A DNA stretch of 63,379 nt, counting the filler, from Choristocarpus tenellus KU-1152 (Eukaryota; Protista; Phaeophyceae): the NCBI GenBank assembly GCA_964200185.2. It is 10 parts of 10 records of this genome, joined end to end, with 100 filler letters (N's around TTAATTAATTAA, not from the genome) between each part and the next. Parts side by side here need not be neighbours in the genome. Positions count along the whole stretch, not along the records: positions 49,189 to 54,707 come from CAXNAD020010542.1; positions 54,808 to 59,939 come from CAXNAD020011771.1; positions 60,040 to 63,379 come from CAXNAD020020704.1; 7 more parts are not named here. One strand, written 5' to 3'. The position numbers and the translations under genes are program-made. The notes below the pieces were generated by a model. It had not been told where the DNA came from and did not search any database. It saw nothing but the letters and a program-made list of their open reading frames with translations. Positions 52,844 to 63,379 of the stretch are shown here, piece by piece (position 1 is the first letter of the stretch; every line of letters starts with the position of its first letter).

Positions 52844-53487
52844 GGGCTCTCCGAGCCCGGAATGACTTTGAACGGGCTGAGCGTGAGAGGATTGATAAGC
52901 TAACTGCTGCCAGGGTGCTTGAGGGATTGGCAGGCCCCCCCATGCCGAGGACTGGGTGGGACATGAAGCCGGCAGAGGAAGAGGTGACAAGGCGGCACTA
53001 TGCTTGTATGTCTTTGTATATGTTCGTGTATTAATTAGTAGGTGTTTTTGTGTTACCATTTAGAAGTTTGGGTGCGAAACAGCACCGTGCTACCCCCCTT
53101 CCTGTTCTGCTCTTCCTCCCTATCTTTTAGAAAACAAACAAACACATTTTGCCCTTGACGGTTTTGTCACTGTGTACCTTGCACGGGTCTCTTATCGTTG
53201 GATCTAAATATATGCTGGGCTGGGGCTTTTTGTTTTGTTTTGTTTTGTATATTTGTTTTGTTTATTTGTTTCTCTGCAATGGGATAGGTGCCGGAGCGAA
53301 AGATTGCAATATATGATTGGAAGGTTCCTAAGCTCATCACTTTCTCTGCCAAGGGGCTGTTGTATGATTATGCGATACCCCTTGGTGTGGCTGTGAGGGA
53401 GGCGTTGATGAGGGCCAATGACTATGGAGTACGGTTGCCTGGACCCGATTGGTTTGAGATACACTACAATGATGCCTACGAAGAGTG
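52844..53487 (+). CDS. HAD-superfamily, HDHD3/REG-2-like protein; exons 52844-52983 and 53288-53487, probable upstream exon near 51190-51353; 3' part absent
   Basis: KLITFSAKGLLYDYAIPLGVAVREALMRANDYGVRLPGPDWFEIHYNDAYEE parallels the HDHD3 motif I and cap start (LITFDxxxTL...PLGxxY...FxxAY); GT-AG in phase. Confidence 0.65.
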
Positions 53488-54139
53488 GTGAGGGCTTGCA
53501 GTGGTATGGCCGTTGGTAGGGTTAGGGATGGAACGGAACTGACAGTCAGTGCAACTGGGGTACACACAGGAGTGTTAAAGATATTGCTTGGGACTGGGAT
53601 TGTGTGAATGGGTTGGGGATGAAGGGTGACTGAGGGATTGGTTGACGGTGGAGCTGGAGAGCTTGCTTTCCTGTGACTCTACCCACTGGATTTGCTTTGG
53701 CTGGTGTTCAAGTGCTGCCGTAGGAGGGTGTGTATTGTGTTGGGGTTGCATTTGTTCCTGCAAAGCACCGTGGTTTTTAGTGAAATTGTTCTCTCTGTAT
53801 TGTTTCCTCTGTTCTGAATGAAATAACATAACGTTTGCGAGGTCTATTCTTGCCCGGTAACGACCCTTGCGATAAGCCCTCTGGATGAGCCTTAGTTCTC
53901 ATGTAGATTGGGAGGCGTACAATGTTCGTATGATGATGGGCTGTCGTGACTGTGGAGGATCACTAGCGCAAGATCAACAAAGTTGCATTTGATGGGGTTC
54001 GAAAACCTTGCGAAACCGTCGAAGTTGGTGTTTATTGGGATGCCTAGGACAAAGGCCCCCTGTTGTGAGTGGGCTCGCTCATCCCATCATCTCCTGTCGG
54101 TCCCAATTCTTCAGACCAGAAGTCTGTCCAGGGTCAGGA

Positions 54140-54707
54140 CTCCAACGCCCTGACGAAGAACAGCGTGATGGTGCAATTCCTGGAGGCGAGAGGATGTGAG
54201 ACTCGGATGCCTTGGGGGACAGCGGCGGCCATTGTGGAGGACTCTGGAGTTACCGGAATCACCATGTTCTGTCACCTGAAGGAGTTTGACACCCAGACCG
54301 TATGGAGTGAATGGAGTGAATTCATGGACTTAGGTCAATGTTGCATGGGGTGATGCGGTTGCTGTAAGTGTTTGTAGTAAGTGTCCCCGACGTTTGGGGT
54401 GTCGTGTCAGTATGCCGCACATCCTTTCGGAAATGGGAGGCCAAGGCTGGGGTCTCCCTTGCCTCGTTGTGGGATCTGTGCAAGTGTGAGAAGGCGAAGA
54501 AGGTCAAGCGGTGGATTAAGCCGGTCCTCTCAGACCAGCAGAAAGGTCAACAGGGTGGGTATCGTCTTCGGCCTCTCACAGAAGAGAGAGGGAAGTGGGG
54601 TATTAGCGGAAGATCTGTACGACTGGGTACATGCGGACGAGAAATGGTTTTACATCCTCAAAGATGGGCATGGTGTGTACCTGCACCCCACTGAGGACCC
54701 CCCCAAC
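54140..54707 (+). pseudogene. Decayed Tc1/mariner transposase (plant-mariner DD39D type), truncated by contig end
   Basis: WIKPVLSDQQK / VNRV...DLYDWVHADEKWFY, with the first catalytic Asp motif; frameshifts between segments. Confidence 0.85.
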
Positions 54708-54807
54708 NNNNNNNNNNNNNNNNNNNNNNNNNNNNNNNNNNNNNNNNNNNNTTAATTAATTAANNNNNNNNNNNNNNNNNNNNNNNNNNNNNNNNNNNNN
54801 NNNNNNN

Positions 54808-54910
54808 GGGGGGGGGGGGGGGGGGGGGAGGGTGGCGGCTGTCCATTTGGGGTTAACTTTTTAATGTCGTGATTTTTGGGTGATTTGGTTCCATACGTCG
54901 GACAGATAAT
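54808..54910 (+). mobile_element. MITE family A fragment
   Basis: G-tract followed by GGTGGCGGCTGTCCATTTGGGG. Confidence 0.8.
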
Positions 54911-56089
54911 TTCCGGCATAATTAAGAAAATGTCCTCTACACATTTGTAATAAAAGACAATTTTTACACATATTCTTTACAAATTCATCATCCCTAAATT
55001 GCAATTCTATGTAAGTCTCGTTTACTTCGAATCAAATACTCAAGACCAGAAAAAATATGATCATTTTGCAAAGAATAACACATTGAAACACATGCCTAAC
55101 CTCCGTTTTGAGAGTACAACCCATAACTCACCCACTGAGCTTGAAATAGAGTACTCCTGTTTCAGCCTCAGTATTCGCATAACATACATTTTTGTGGTTT
55201 GGTGTAGTAATGGCTCCAATGCTCATTGGCATAAACTAATTATCAGATATCAAGATTTGTGTCTCAGTATATCCTCATATCTACATTCTAGGATGGGTGT
55301 ATCAACAAGAAAGAATTGGTTCTCTGAGATGGACTGGTTGATCATTACGTGCTCCGGAATTTTGACAGCATTCAGATGATAATTCTCCTTTTGAAAACAC
55401 TTATCTACGGGCATCACTAACTCCGGTCAAACAACAACAGTTGTGTTATTGCAGAGGTTCCCACGAAGAAAACTCATGTGGGGTAGACTCAGGATGTCAA
55501 ACACTGTAAACATCTCACCAATTGCTTGGAAAGTATGCACACAACAGGCATCATCCGTCGAACATACACTTTAGATGCACTCTCCATGTTAAACTTGACT
55601 CTTACCATTACCAAGGTCATCACTCTCCTCTTTTCCAATATTCACTTTGTGTACCTCTTGTGCTGGCTGCCAGTGTCGTACTTGATAAGGTTGATCAAGG
55701 AGGCGAGCTATTATGGCCCTAGGTGCAGTGTGTTTATTTTATGTTTGTTATAGATTATTGGGTTATCTCAACCGTCTAAGAACATTGTAGTCCCTATCAT
55801 GTGCAGAAGATATGCAACTATGATCATGATACACAGGGGCATATGTTACCTACACACCTTGAGGCACACACAAAATAAATGTCCGTTATTTTGATCCAAC
55901 ACAGTGCTCACTTCGTGACTTCAATGGTATTGACAAGCACTGAATTAATTCAACAAGCATCTGTGTTAGTGTGCTAAATACTAGTCTTCTCTCGGTAGTG
56001 TATCTAGGACTCCAAGTAGAAGGTAAACAACCTATTTCTGTAGTGCTACTGACGGCAGTATAAGGTCCTCCATAACAGGGGAAACCCAC

Positions 56090-56589
56090 GCTCCATCTCC
56101 TCTAGTCAACCTTTACAGATGTTCTTCACAACTACCTCTGTCAATGTGTGACGCCCTGGTCGCAGTGTATGTGAGAATGCCAAAACCAACTTTCCATGCT
56201 CTCATCCTATTAAAAAAAAAAGGGACAGGGCGACATTCCACTGACCCCCTTGGCCATATGCTGTGATACACGGGTTGCATGCAATGACATCAAGCATAAC
56301 ATCCTCCTTCACCATCTGTTCAAGAGAGGCAAGGTGACCTATCACTTCCATGCAGTACCGTCCTCTGTGATCCATGAGCTGTACATGATGACATTGGGAA
56401 CAATATCATTAGCCTCCGGTTCTAAAGCGGAGACAGCGTAACTTCCTATTGCCCTGCATTGCCACCTGCTGTGATCCATGAGTTGCACGTATGATATCGG
56501 GTGTAATACCCTATCAAATCTTCTGTCTCAAGAGAGACAGGGCGGCCTTCCATTGCCCTCCACTGCCGCATGCTGTGATGCACAAACAT
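56090..56589 (-). pseudogene. Decayed PPR repeats downstream of the PPR stop codon
   Basis: CITACGSGGQWKAALSLLRQ, NSWITAGGNAGQ*, IVPNVIMYSSWIT, NPCITAYG.../QWNVALS, with stops and frameshifts. Confidence 0.8.
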
Positions 56590-58356
56590 TTACATGACGG
56601 TATCGGGAGCAATGCCATTAGCCTCCATCTCCTCAAGTAGCGATTGCGTAGTTTCCCACTGCCCTGCCTTGTCACATGCTGTGATGCATGAGTTGTATGT
56701 GGTAATATTGGGTGCGATTCCCTCTTCTACCATCTGTCTCAAGAGACACAGTGCAAGCTCCCATTGCCCTACATTTGCCGTAAGCTTGATGCATGAGCTG
56801 TAAGCAATGGCACCAGGGGCAACACTATTAGCCTTCATTTTCTCAAGCATAGACAGGGCAGTTTCCCACTCCTCCGCATTGCTGCATGCTGTGATGCATG
56901 AGTTGTAGGTGGTGACGTTGGGGACAATAGCATTGGCCTCCATTTCCTCAAGGAGAGACAGTGCAGCCTCCCATTCCCTTGCATTGCTACAAGCTTTGAT
57001 ACATGAATTGTACACAATCACATCGGGGACAATGTTATTAGCCTTCATTTCCTTAAGAAAAGACAGTGCAACTTCCCATTGACTTACATTACTGCATGCT
57101 GTGATGCATGAGCTGTATGCGACGACATCAGGGACAATGCCTTTAGCCTTCATTTCCTTCAGTAAAATCAATGCATCCTCCCATTGCCTTGCGTTGTCAC
57201 AAGCTTTGATGCATGAGCTGTAAGAGATGACATCAGGGACAATACCATTAGCTTTCATCTCATCGAGTAGAGACAGTGCGACCTTCCATTGCCTACCATC
57301 GCCAAACGTTTTGATGCATGAGTTGTACGTTACAATATCAGGGACAATACCATCAGCCTCCATTTCCTCAAGCAAACACAGTGCATCCTCCCATTGACTT
57401 GCATTGCCGCATGCTTTGATGCATGAGTTGTACGTGATGACGTTGGGGACAATGCTTATAGCCTTCATCTCCTTAAGCAGCGACCGTGCGGTCTCCCATT
57501 GCCGCGCATTGTCACATGCTTTGATGCATGAGTTGTACGTGACGACATCGGGGGTAATACCGCTAACCTTCATTTCCTCAAGTAGCGAAAGTGCGACCTC
57601 CCATTGCCGTGCGTTGCCGCATGCTGTGATGCATGAGTTATACGTGATGACATTGGGGTCTATGCTGTTAGCTTTCATCTCCTCAAGTAGCGACAGTGCG
57701 GCCTTCCATTGACTTGCATTGCCACATGCTGAGATGCATGAGCTGTAACTTACAACATCGACGGCAATGCCGTCATTCTTCATCTCCTCCAAAATGGTCA
57801 CAGCGGCTTTCCATGGTGTGTCACCATAATGCCTGGTCACCATATTCGTGTCGCTAGTAGGGGTATGATCTACATATTTCGCAGCCTTTGCCATGGCGCT
57901 GATGCATTGATTGTATAGTCGTGTTCTGACAGGCAAGCCAGAAGTCTTGACCTCTTCCAAAAGCTGAAGCACACGTCGCCACTTCCGTTTTTGCCCCAGG
58001 GACTTGATCTCAACCAGAAATCCCTGCTGCGAGTTTTTGCTTCCAGGTACTCCTCTCCTGCTGAGGAACCGCTTCCCTCCCCCTAGTTTACACTCCTGAG
58101 GAGCACCTCCTGCTCTTGACGAGACCTTGCGTTTGGATGATGCCTGGACCCTCAAAGTCAGGCTCCTAACTATTATACTTCCTTCGTCAGGGATGGTTGC
58201 CGAGCTGGGCAGTGGATGCTGACTGGGTCTCATATTGGAGACACTGCCATCAACAATTTTCTTGAGACGTAATAATCTTGACTTCTGTTTCGCACAGTGT
58301 TCAACACAGTGGTGGACTATGGGGTGCCTGGTCAACAAGACGCCACGACCAAACAT
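56590..58356 (-). CDS. P-class pentatricopeptide repeat protein, intronless, 11 contiguous 35-aa repeats plus degenerate N-terminal motifs
   Basis: Repeats VxTYNSCIxACxNAxQWExALSLLEEMKAxGIxPD; basic Ser/Arg-rich N-terminus compatible with an organelle targeting peptide (inference); true start uncertain. Confidence 0.95.
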   Translation of the reverse strand: MFGRGVLLTRHPIVHHCVEHCAKQKSRLLRLKKIVDGSVSNMRPSQHPLPSSATIPDEGSIIVRSLTLRVQASSKRKVSSRAGGAPQECKLGGGKRFLSRRGVPGSKNSQQGFLVEIKSLGQKRKWRRVLQLLEEVKTSGLPVRTRLYNQCISAMAKAAKYVDHTPTSDTNMVTRHYGDTPWKAAVTILEEMKNDGIAVDVVSYSSCISACGNASQWKAALSLLEEMKANSIDPNVITYNSCITACGNARQWEVALSLLEEMKVSGITPDVVTYNSCIKACDNARQWETARSLLKEMKAISIVPNVITYNSCIKACGNASQWEDALCLLEEMEADGIVPDIVTYNSCIKTFGDGRQWKVALSLLDEMKANGIVPDVISYSSCIKACDNARQWEDALILLKEMKAKGIVPDVVAYSSCITACSNVSQWEVALSFLKEMKANNIVPDVIVYNSCIKACSNAREWEAALSLLEEMEANAIVPNVTTYNSCITACSNAEEWETALSMLEKMKANSVAPGAIAYSSCIKLTANVGQWELALCLLRQMVEEGIAPNITTYNSCITACDKAGQWETTQSLLEEMEANGIAPDTVM

Positions 58357-59166
58357 GGCATGAATTGACTGCCTTCCGCTCTTGCCAGCCCAGGGAAATG
58401 GAGATGCGATGGATGGTGAATGTCAAACAAACTGATATTGTCGAATGGGGCATATGCGTGGCTGTGCATCCAGTAATTGCAACAACCCCCGTTAATGTTT
58501 CGATCTACTAAATGAAAATTGTGTGATGAGTTTTGTAGAGAGTAAAATACTATATGATAGTATATTTTGTTGTTCTACAATACGTAAACGTATGAACGAA
58601 CTTGTCTGTCAGCCACGAAAGATGAACAAATGTTGAATGACCAAAAAAGTTGATGCATGACTATTTAATGTAATTGTAGTCAACACCCAAACACTACTAC
58701 CCACTACCACCACTACTAACACAAAGTTCCTATGAATAAGAGAAAAAGCTCAAGGTCACTTTGTTCGACAATTCGTGGATAAAGATGATGTGTCACATGA
58801 GTTTATTTCCTTTAATAATATATTAGATTAGGAGTGTGTACAACTACACCGATGTTTGGTACAGATTGAACTACAAACACAACGTAGGACATTACCTGAC
58901 CATTCAGTTCTCATGTACGAATTTATCCACTTATTATTATCCTTCTTGTATATCTACCAATAATGGAACTGTGTGCTTCGCATGCCAGAGTTCGAATCAC
59001 TCAAGTGTCGCCAATATGGATCGTGTGATTCTGTGACAGTGAGGTTCACTCAGGGAAGGGTGGCGAAGAGAATCATCACCAGAGACCAGACGGATCAGAC
59101 GGACGACGACGAACCGTAAGTTAGAGGATGAGGTTAAGGTTGGACAAGTGCAAGACTGTAAGGACT

Positions 59167-59518
59167 TCTCACACATTTTGGAGATGTACCAGGGGAAAAA
59201 ACAATGAAAACAACTAAGAGAATCTTTGATGTGTGACACCTCTGGTTGAGAAGATGCCCACTACTTTTGTGGGATTGATCTGCTGAAAGATTCCACACCT
59301 CGATTATTTTATTACTATGCCCTCTCACATTTTGGAGATGTACCAGGGAAAAAAACAATGAAAACAACTAAGAGACTCTTTGATTGTCACATCTCTGGTT
59401 TAGGAGATGCCCACTACTTTTGTGGGATTGATCTACTGAAGATTCCACACCTCGATTGTTTTATTATTATGCCCTCTGATATTTTCCAGATGTACCAGGG
59501 GAAAAAACAATGAAAACT
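59167..59518. repeat. ~153-bp tandem repeat (~2.3 copies)
   Basis: AGATGTACCAGGG(G)AAAAAA(A)CAATGAAAAC recurs at ~59182, ~59336 and ~59488. Confidence 0.9.
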
Positions 59519-59886
59519 ATTCATATGTCAGAAAATCCCCCAAAAAAGAAACAGTTATCACAAATGTGAAAAACAATATTTCTAGGGTCATACTACCTCT
59601 GTGCCATAAGTTTGTGCCGCGAAGCATCTGGGTTCGCCGAGCGAGAACGTGACCGAATTGAACGATAACCCCACAGAATGAAATCGGGTTGACAATCTCA
59701 GGGTTCAGAAAAGGTGGGGTCGAGGATCATCAGGTACAAACTCGAGGTGCTTCAAGCAGTCAAAGTAGGGATCTTTTGGGGTGATTTTGAGACCAGAACC
59801 GGGCACTTCGAGGGTCAGAACTTCGGCATGGCAACCCCTCCGTCGACCCCCCAGTGTAGGAAGGGTGCCCAAGTGTCCCTGAATAC

Positions 59887-59939
59887 GGCTCAAAGTATCT
59901 GGGAGGGGGTGGCGGCTGTCCATTTGGGGTCAATTTTTT
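59887..59939 (+). mobile_element. MITE family A left end at contig end; right-end stubs also at 1-22, 10251-10293 and 60040-60076
   Basis: GGCTCAAAGTATCTGGGAGGGGGTGGCGGCTGTCCATTTGGGG. Confidence 0.85.
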
Positions 59940-60164
59940 NNNNNNNNNNNNNNNNNNNNNNNNNNNNNNNNNNNNNNNNNNNNTTAATTAATTAANNNNN
60001 NNNNNNNNNNNNNNNNNNNNNNNNNNNNNNNNNNNNNNNATGTTGACCTCCCCCCCCCCCCCAGATAGTTTGGGTCTTCACACCCTATTCTGCTCCACTC
60101 TGGTAGTCAAAGTGAACAATAAAATATGCCCAAAACATATGTTGTCAGACTTTTTTCTTTTAGA

Positions 60165-61021
60165 GGTTACAAATGAAGCACTCGACTTACAGTCCGAATC
60201 AGCTCCCTTCTCTCCTGGCCTCTCCTCCTCCACTGCTCAATTGTGCCTCTGGGATAAGCCAGGGTGAGCGGATTCAAGAGTTCCGTCAAGAGCTATTGAC
60301 ACAAGAAAAGAAGATTTCAGTCATGCGGACCGATCTCCGTCAGGCTGGTGAGAAATTACTTGGCCAAATCGTTTTGTCGCCCACAGTGTGTGGCATTTTG
60401 CTCTGCATAATATCCTGTCCGAAACTAGTGATGATCAATGAAATGGAGGAGTGAAACTAGCCCTTATTGATGAGCCACTGGGATTCATTATCATCCAAAA
60501 ACAATGTTCCTCACTTGCTGAGAATTTCGCACAGGAAGCCCAAAATATCTTGAATCACTACTGTGTATAATACACACAAGAGTCAAGGATGTGTTGCATC
60601 CTAAGTACCACACTTTCAAGAATCTGCAAACAAGAGACAGACTACTCATGGAAAATTTCCAGCATAAGAACCAGGCACAAGCCCAGGTCGCCCTTGAATT
60701 TGGGTCTCCTTCAGTCCCATCTATTGAACTTTGAAGGGCCTAGCCATATGTAATACTACATCGTAGGGAGGACTACTTTTCTACTTTCTATCCCCACTGC
60801 TGCACTTGCCCATGTCCTCGTTCTTCTAAGTAGCATGTATCTCATGCAAGGATTTTCTCCTCCACCCGCACCAAGACTCCAACCCTTCATATATGTCTGT
60901 TTCCCTCACAGCTTGCCTGTTTTAAACCCTCTCTTGAGAGTAGGGGATGAATTAAACAAGCTGAAGGAGGACGCCGGTGAGCTGAAGTTGGCGGCTGAGG
61001 AGCTTCACAGGATACGAGCAG
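60165..61021 (+). CDS. Internal exons (~60165-60347, ~60941-61021) of a coiled-coil protein
   Basis: ERIQEFRQELLTQEKKISVMRTDLRQA and GDELNKLKEDAGELKLAAEELHRIRA, bounded by AG/GT sites. Confidence 0.55.
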
Positions 61022-62185
61022 TGTGAGTAGAATATGCGCATTCTTACTTTTATGGCCATCTTTAATATTCTTGCTAGTGGTATTTACTTGGGAACATTTC
61101 CTACTCTATTCTAATATGCTCAGATTATTATTATTATTCTCCTCTTGCAATACATATAACGCAAAACCCTAACAGAGTCCTCATGGTACAAGCATTGGTC
61201 ACCTGCCTTAGTTTTGAGTGTATTTTAGGAGGATTTAGCAAGTGGGAAGAATTGTGGTTTTGGTATGTTGGGTTGTCCCAATCCTGATAGGAAAATCGAC
61301 TAGGAAAGTCAAGAAGTCTTTCAAGGCAGATATATCAGATAAGTCAAATTGTAGTGAATACAATGGTTGCCTTGACTGTTTGAGATATCCTTGTTTGACT
61401 CTCTGCAAGTCATTTATGACAATAATGCCATGTTTGATCCATGTTCAGTATAATAGGAAATGGACAATCCAGTACAATGAACAAGTACTTTGTTCAGAAT
61501 GTCCACCTTGTTAAAAGAATGCCCAACTTTACCTTATTGACAAGTGAGCTCCTGATCATGTGTGGGCACCTTACCTACACCTCGCCATAGTCATGCTGCA
61601 GAACAACTAAACAACTCCTCATGATATACATCCGGAACAGAGACCAAGTCAAACACACAACCATAGCTTTCTCATCAATACATGTGTGCACAGTGACGAT
61701 TATACTGCCTGTACAGATTCCCTGAACTCAAGCAGAAGATCAAAGTCTCAGGAGCACCCCAATAATATATGATGAACAGGCGACAGCATCCTATGTTTGT
61801 TTTGTTTGCTGTGCAAGAAAGTTTGATCTGATTAACTTAAGCTGAACCGCTTATGGTATAAGGGATTCACCATCAGTTCCTCATACCGATACTGATACTC
61901 AATATACTGACATGCTGTTCTACTCACCAATCTTTTTCATCTGTGACCATCACTGACTGTACTCAGTTTTCAACAGGCCACGTCACCCCCCTGCCCCCAC
62001 CAATGTCTTATGCTGGTCACAATGGGTTGAACAATGCTAGTTCATTCTGTGCTTTTGATATCCATCACAAAAAAAAAAACGAACATTCTTTGCATTTTTG
62101 AGATGGAGAAAAAATTGCGAACATGAATGGTCATCATAAATGTGCAATATCAATTTTTATATAAACTGGCCATCTTTGTCATAAA

Positions 62186-63379
62186 CTCCCTCTGTCCCCT
62201 AGGTCTGGGCCGTTAAGTTGTAGCTCTTCAGGATGACCTCCAACTACAAAACGGACATTTGCGTTGGATTTCCTTGGAAAATTTTCATTAAAAACTCAAT
62301 TTCAAAGAATTCTAACAGGGATTCTGTTCTGAAATAGTTCCGAAAGAATGGAACACACAATGGGGATATTCTTATCATTTTTTAATGTTCTTGCTGCAGG
62401 TGGAGCCCCACAACTCTCTCACAACCCCCATAGCAAGCCCCCACAGCCCATCATCCCTGTCACAAAGTCCATCGTCTTGGAGAAAGAACTCCGATCTGAC
62501 TGAGGGAGGTTGAACCGCACTTGCTATGCATTATGCATTGGTTCTTCCTCCCAGTCATGACAGGTTCCCGAGCGGTGTGGGGTTTAGATTGGCAAAAGAG
62601 TTTGGAGTGGGAGAGAGACACCCTAGAGAGGTGTGGGCGCGCATCAATGAACAGTTTGACAGGGGGAATGCCGTCTTCCTGAGATCACAAGCACAATCTG
62701 GACAGCCATTGGACTTTTTGCCAAAGAGACAAGCGAAGATCCGGGAAATCAATGCCAGTAATCGCATGTTGACTATCAACCAACTTTCCGCCAAGCTTGC
62801 CAAAGCGGGCCTCACAATTGGCAGCTCAAAGCTTAATTGCTGACTCGAAGCCATGGGAGCAACTAGGGTTCAGCGGTGTGTCACCCCTAGCCTTTCGTTT
62901 TCTCACAAGAAGAACAGGTTGAACTTCATCCTTGACCAGATCGCTTGCGACCACAAAACCTACAGGACTGGCTTCAACACCTTTCGCATCAACGAGGCAT
63001 GGTTCTACCTCATCCGTGAACAAGAGGTGGCGCACAAGTTCCTAGGGGAGGAAAAAGGTGGGCTCGATGAAGGTGCAGCACAAGATTCACATTCCCAAAG
63101 TGATGTCTATCTCTGCTGTTTCGCACCTGGTACTTCCCATGATTTCGACAGTGAGGTCGGGATCTGGCGGGTTTGCCTCACAAAGGAGGCACATCGGGCT
63201 ACAGCACGGCACACAAAGGGCGAGAGAGTATGAGTTCAACGTCACCGTTGACACTGAGTGGTACCTGGAGTGGTACATGGAACACCTGTTGCCAGCGATC
63301 AAGGAGAAAATGCCGTGGCTGTAAACGGGGGGGCCTCCATACAGCAGGGCGGGGCGACTGGGCATACAGGCAAGGGCAT
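62186..63379 (+). mobile_element. Decayed plant-type mariner element with left TIR and disrupted transposase (~62526 to the window end)
   Basis: TIR CTCCCTCTGTCCC at 62186 (Stowaway/mariner type); motifs INEAWFY, KVQHKIHIPKVM, DFDSEVGIW, LLPAIKEKMPW spread over several frames with stops. Confidence 0.88.

Noticed and set aside
17384-58356. Functional cluster of ETFB, sulfotransferases, MFS, HAD and PPR genes
   Set aside because: The genes lie on separate concatenated contigs. The sulfotransferase exon and MFS gene share a contig but are convergent and separated by TE debris.

Overview
Eukaryotic, intron-rich DNA, not a prokaryotic locus. The window is ten contigs joined by nine artificial 100-nt linkers (N44-TTAATTAATTAA-N44), so gene neighbourhoods across linkers carry no information. 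GT-AG introns, scattered TTAGGG repeats, the style of the PPR repeats, two sulfotransferase genes and plant-type mariner remnants fit a stramenopile, most plausibly a brown alga (inference). Best-supported genes: ETF beta subunit (6 exons resolved, last exon missing), a P-class PPR protein, a carbohydrate sulfotransferase, a second sulfotransferase exon, the 3' end of an MFSD14/HIAT1-like MFS transporter, an HDHD3-like HAD-fold protein and several hypothetical or coiled-coil genes. Repeats: three MITE families with 4-bp TSDs (A and B share termini and a subterminal motif), two decayed mariner transposases, Copia debris, mini- and microsatellites. I found no convincing new multi-gene system. 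The most notable items are the MITE A/B pair with polymorphic telomeric repeats in the B TIRs, a HAD-like protein lacking its nucleophile Asp, a PPR array with a decayed tail, and a telomeric insertion flanked by a direct duplication.
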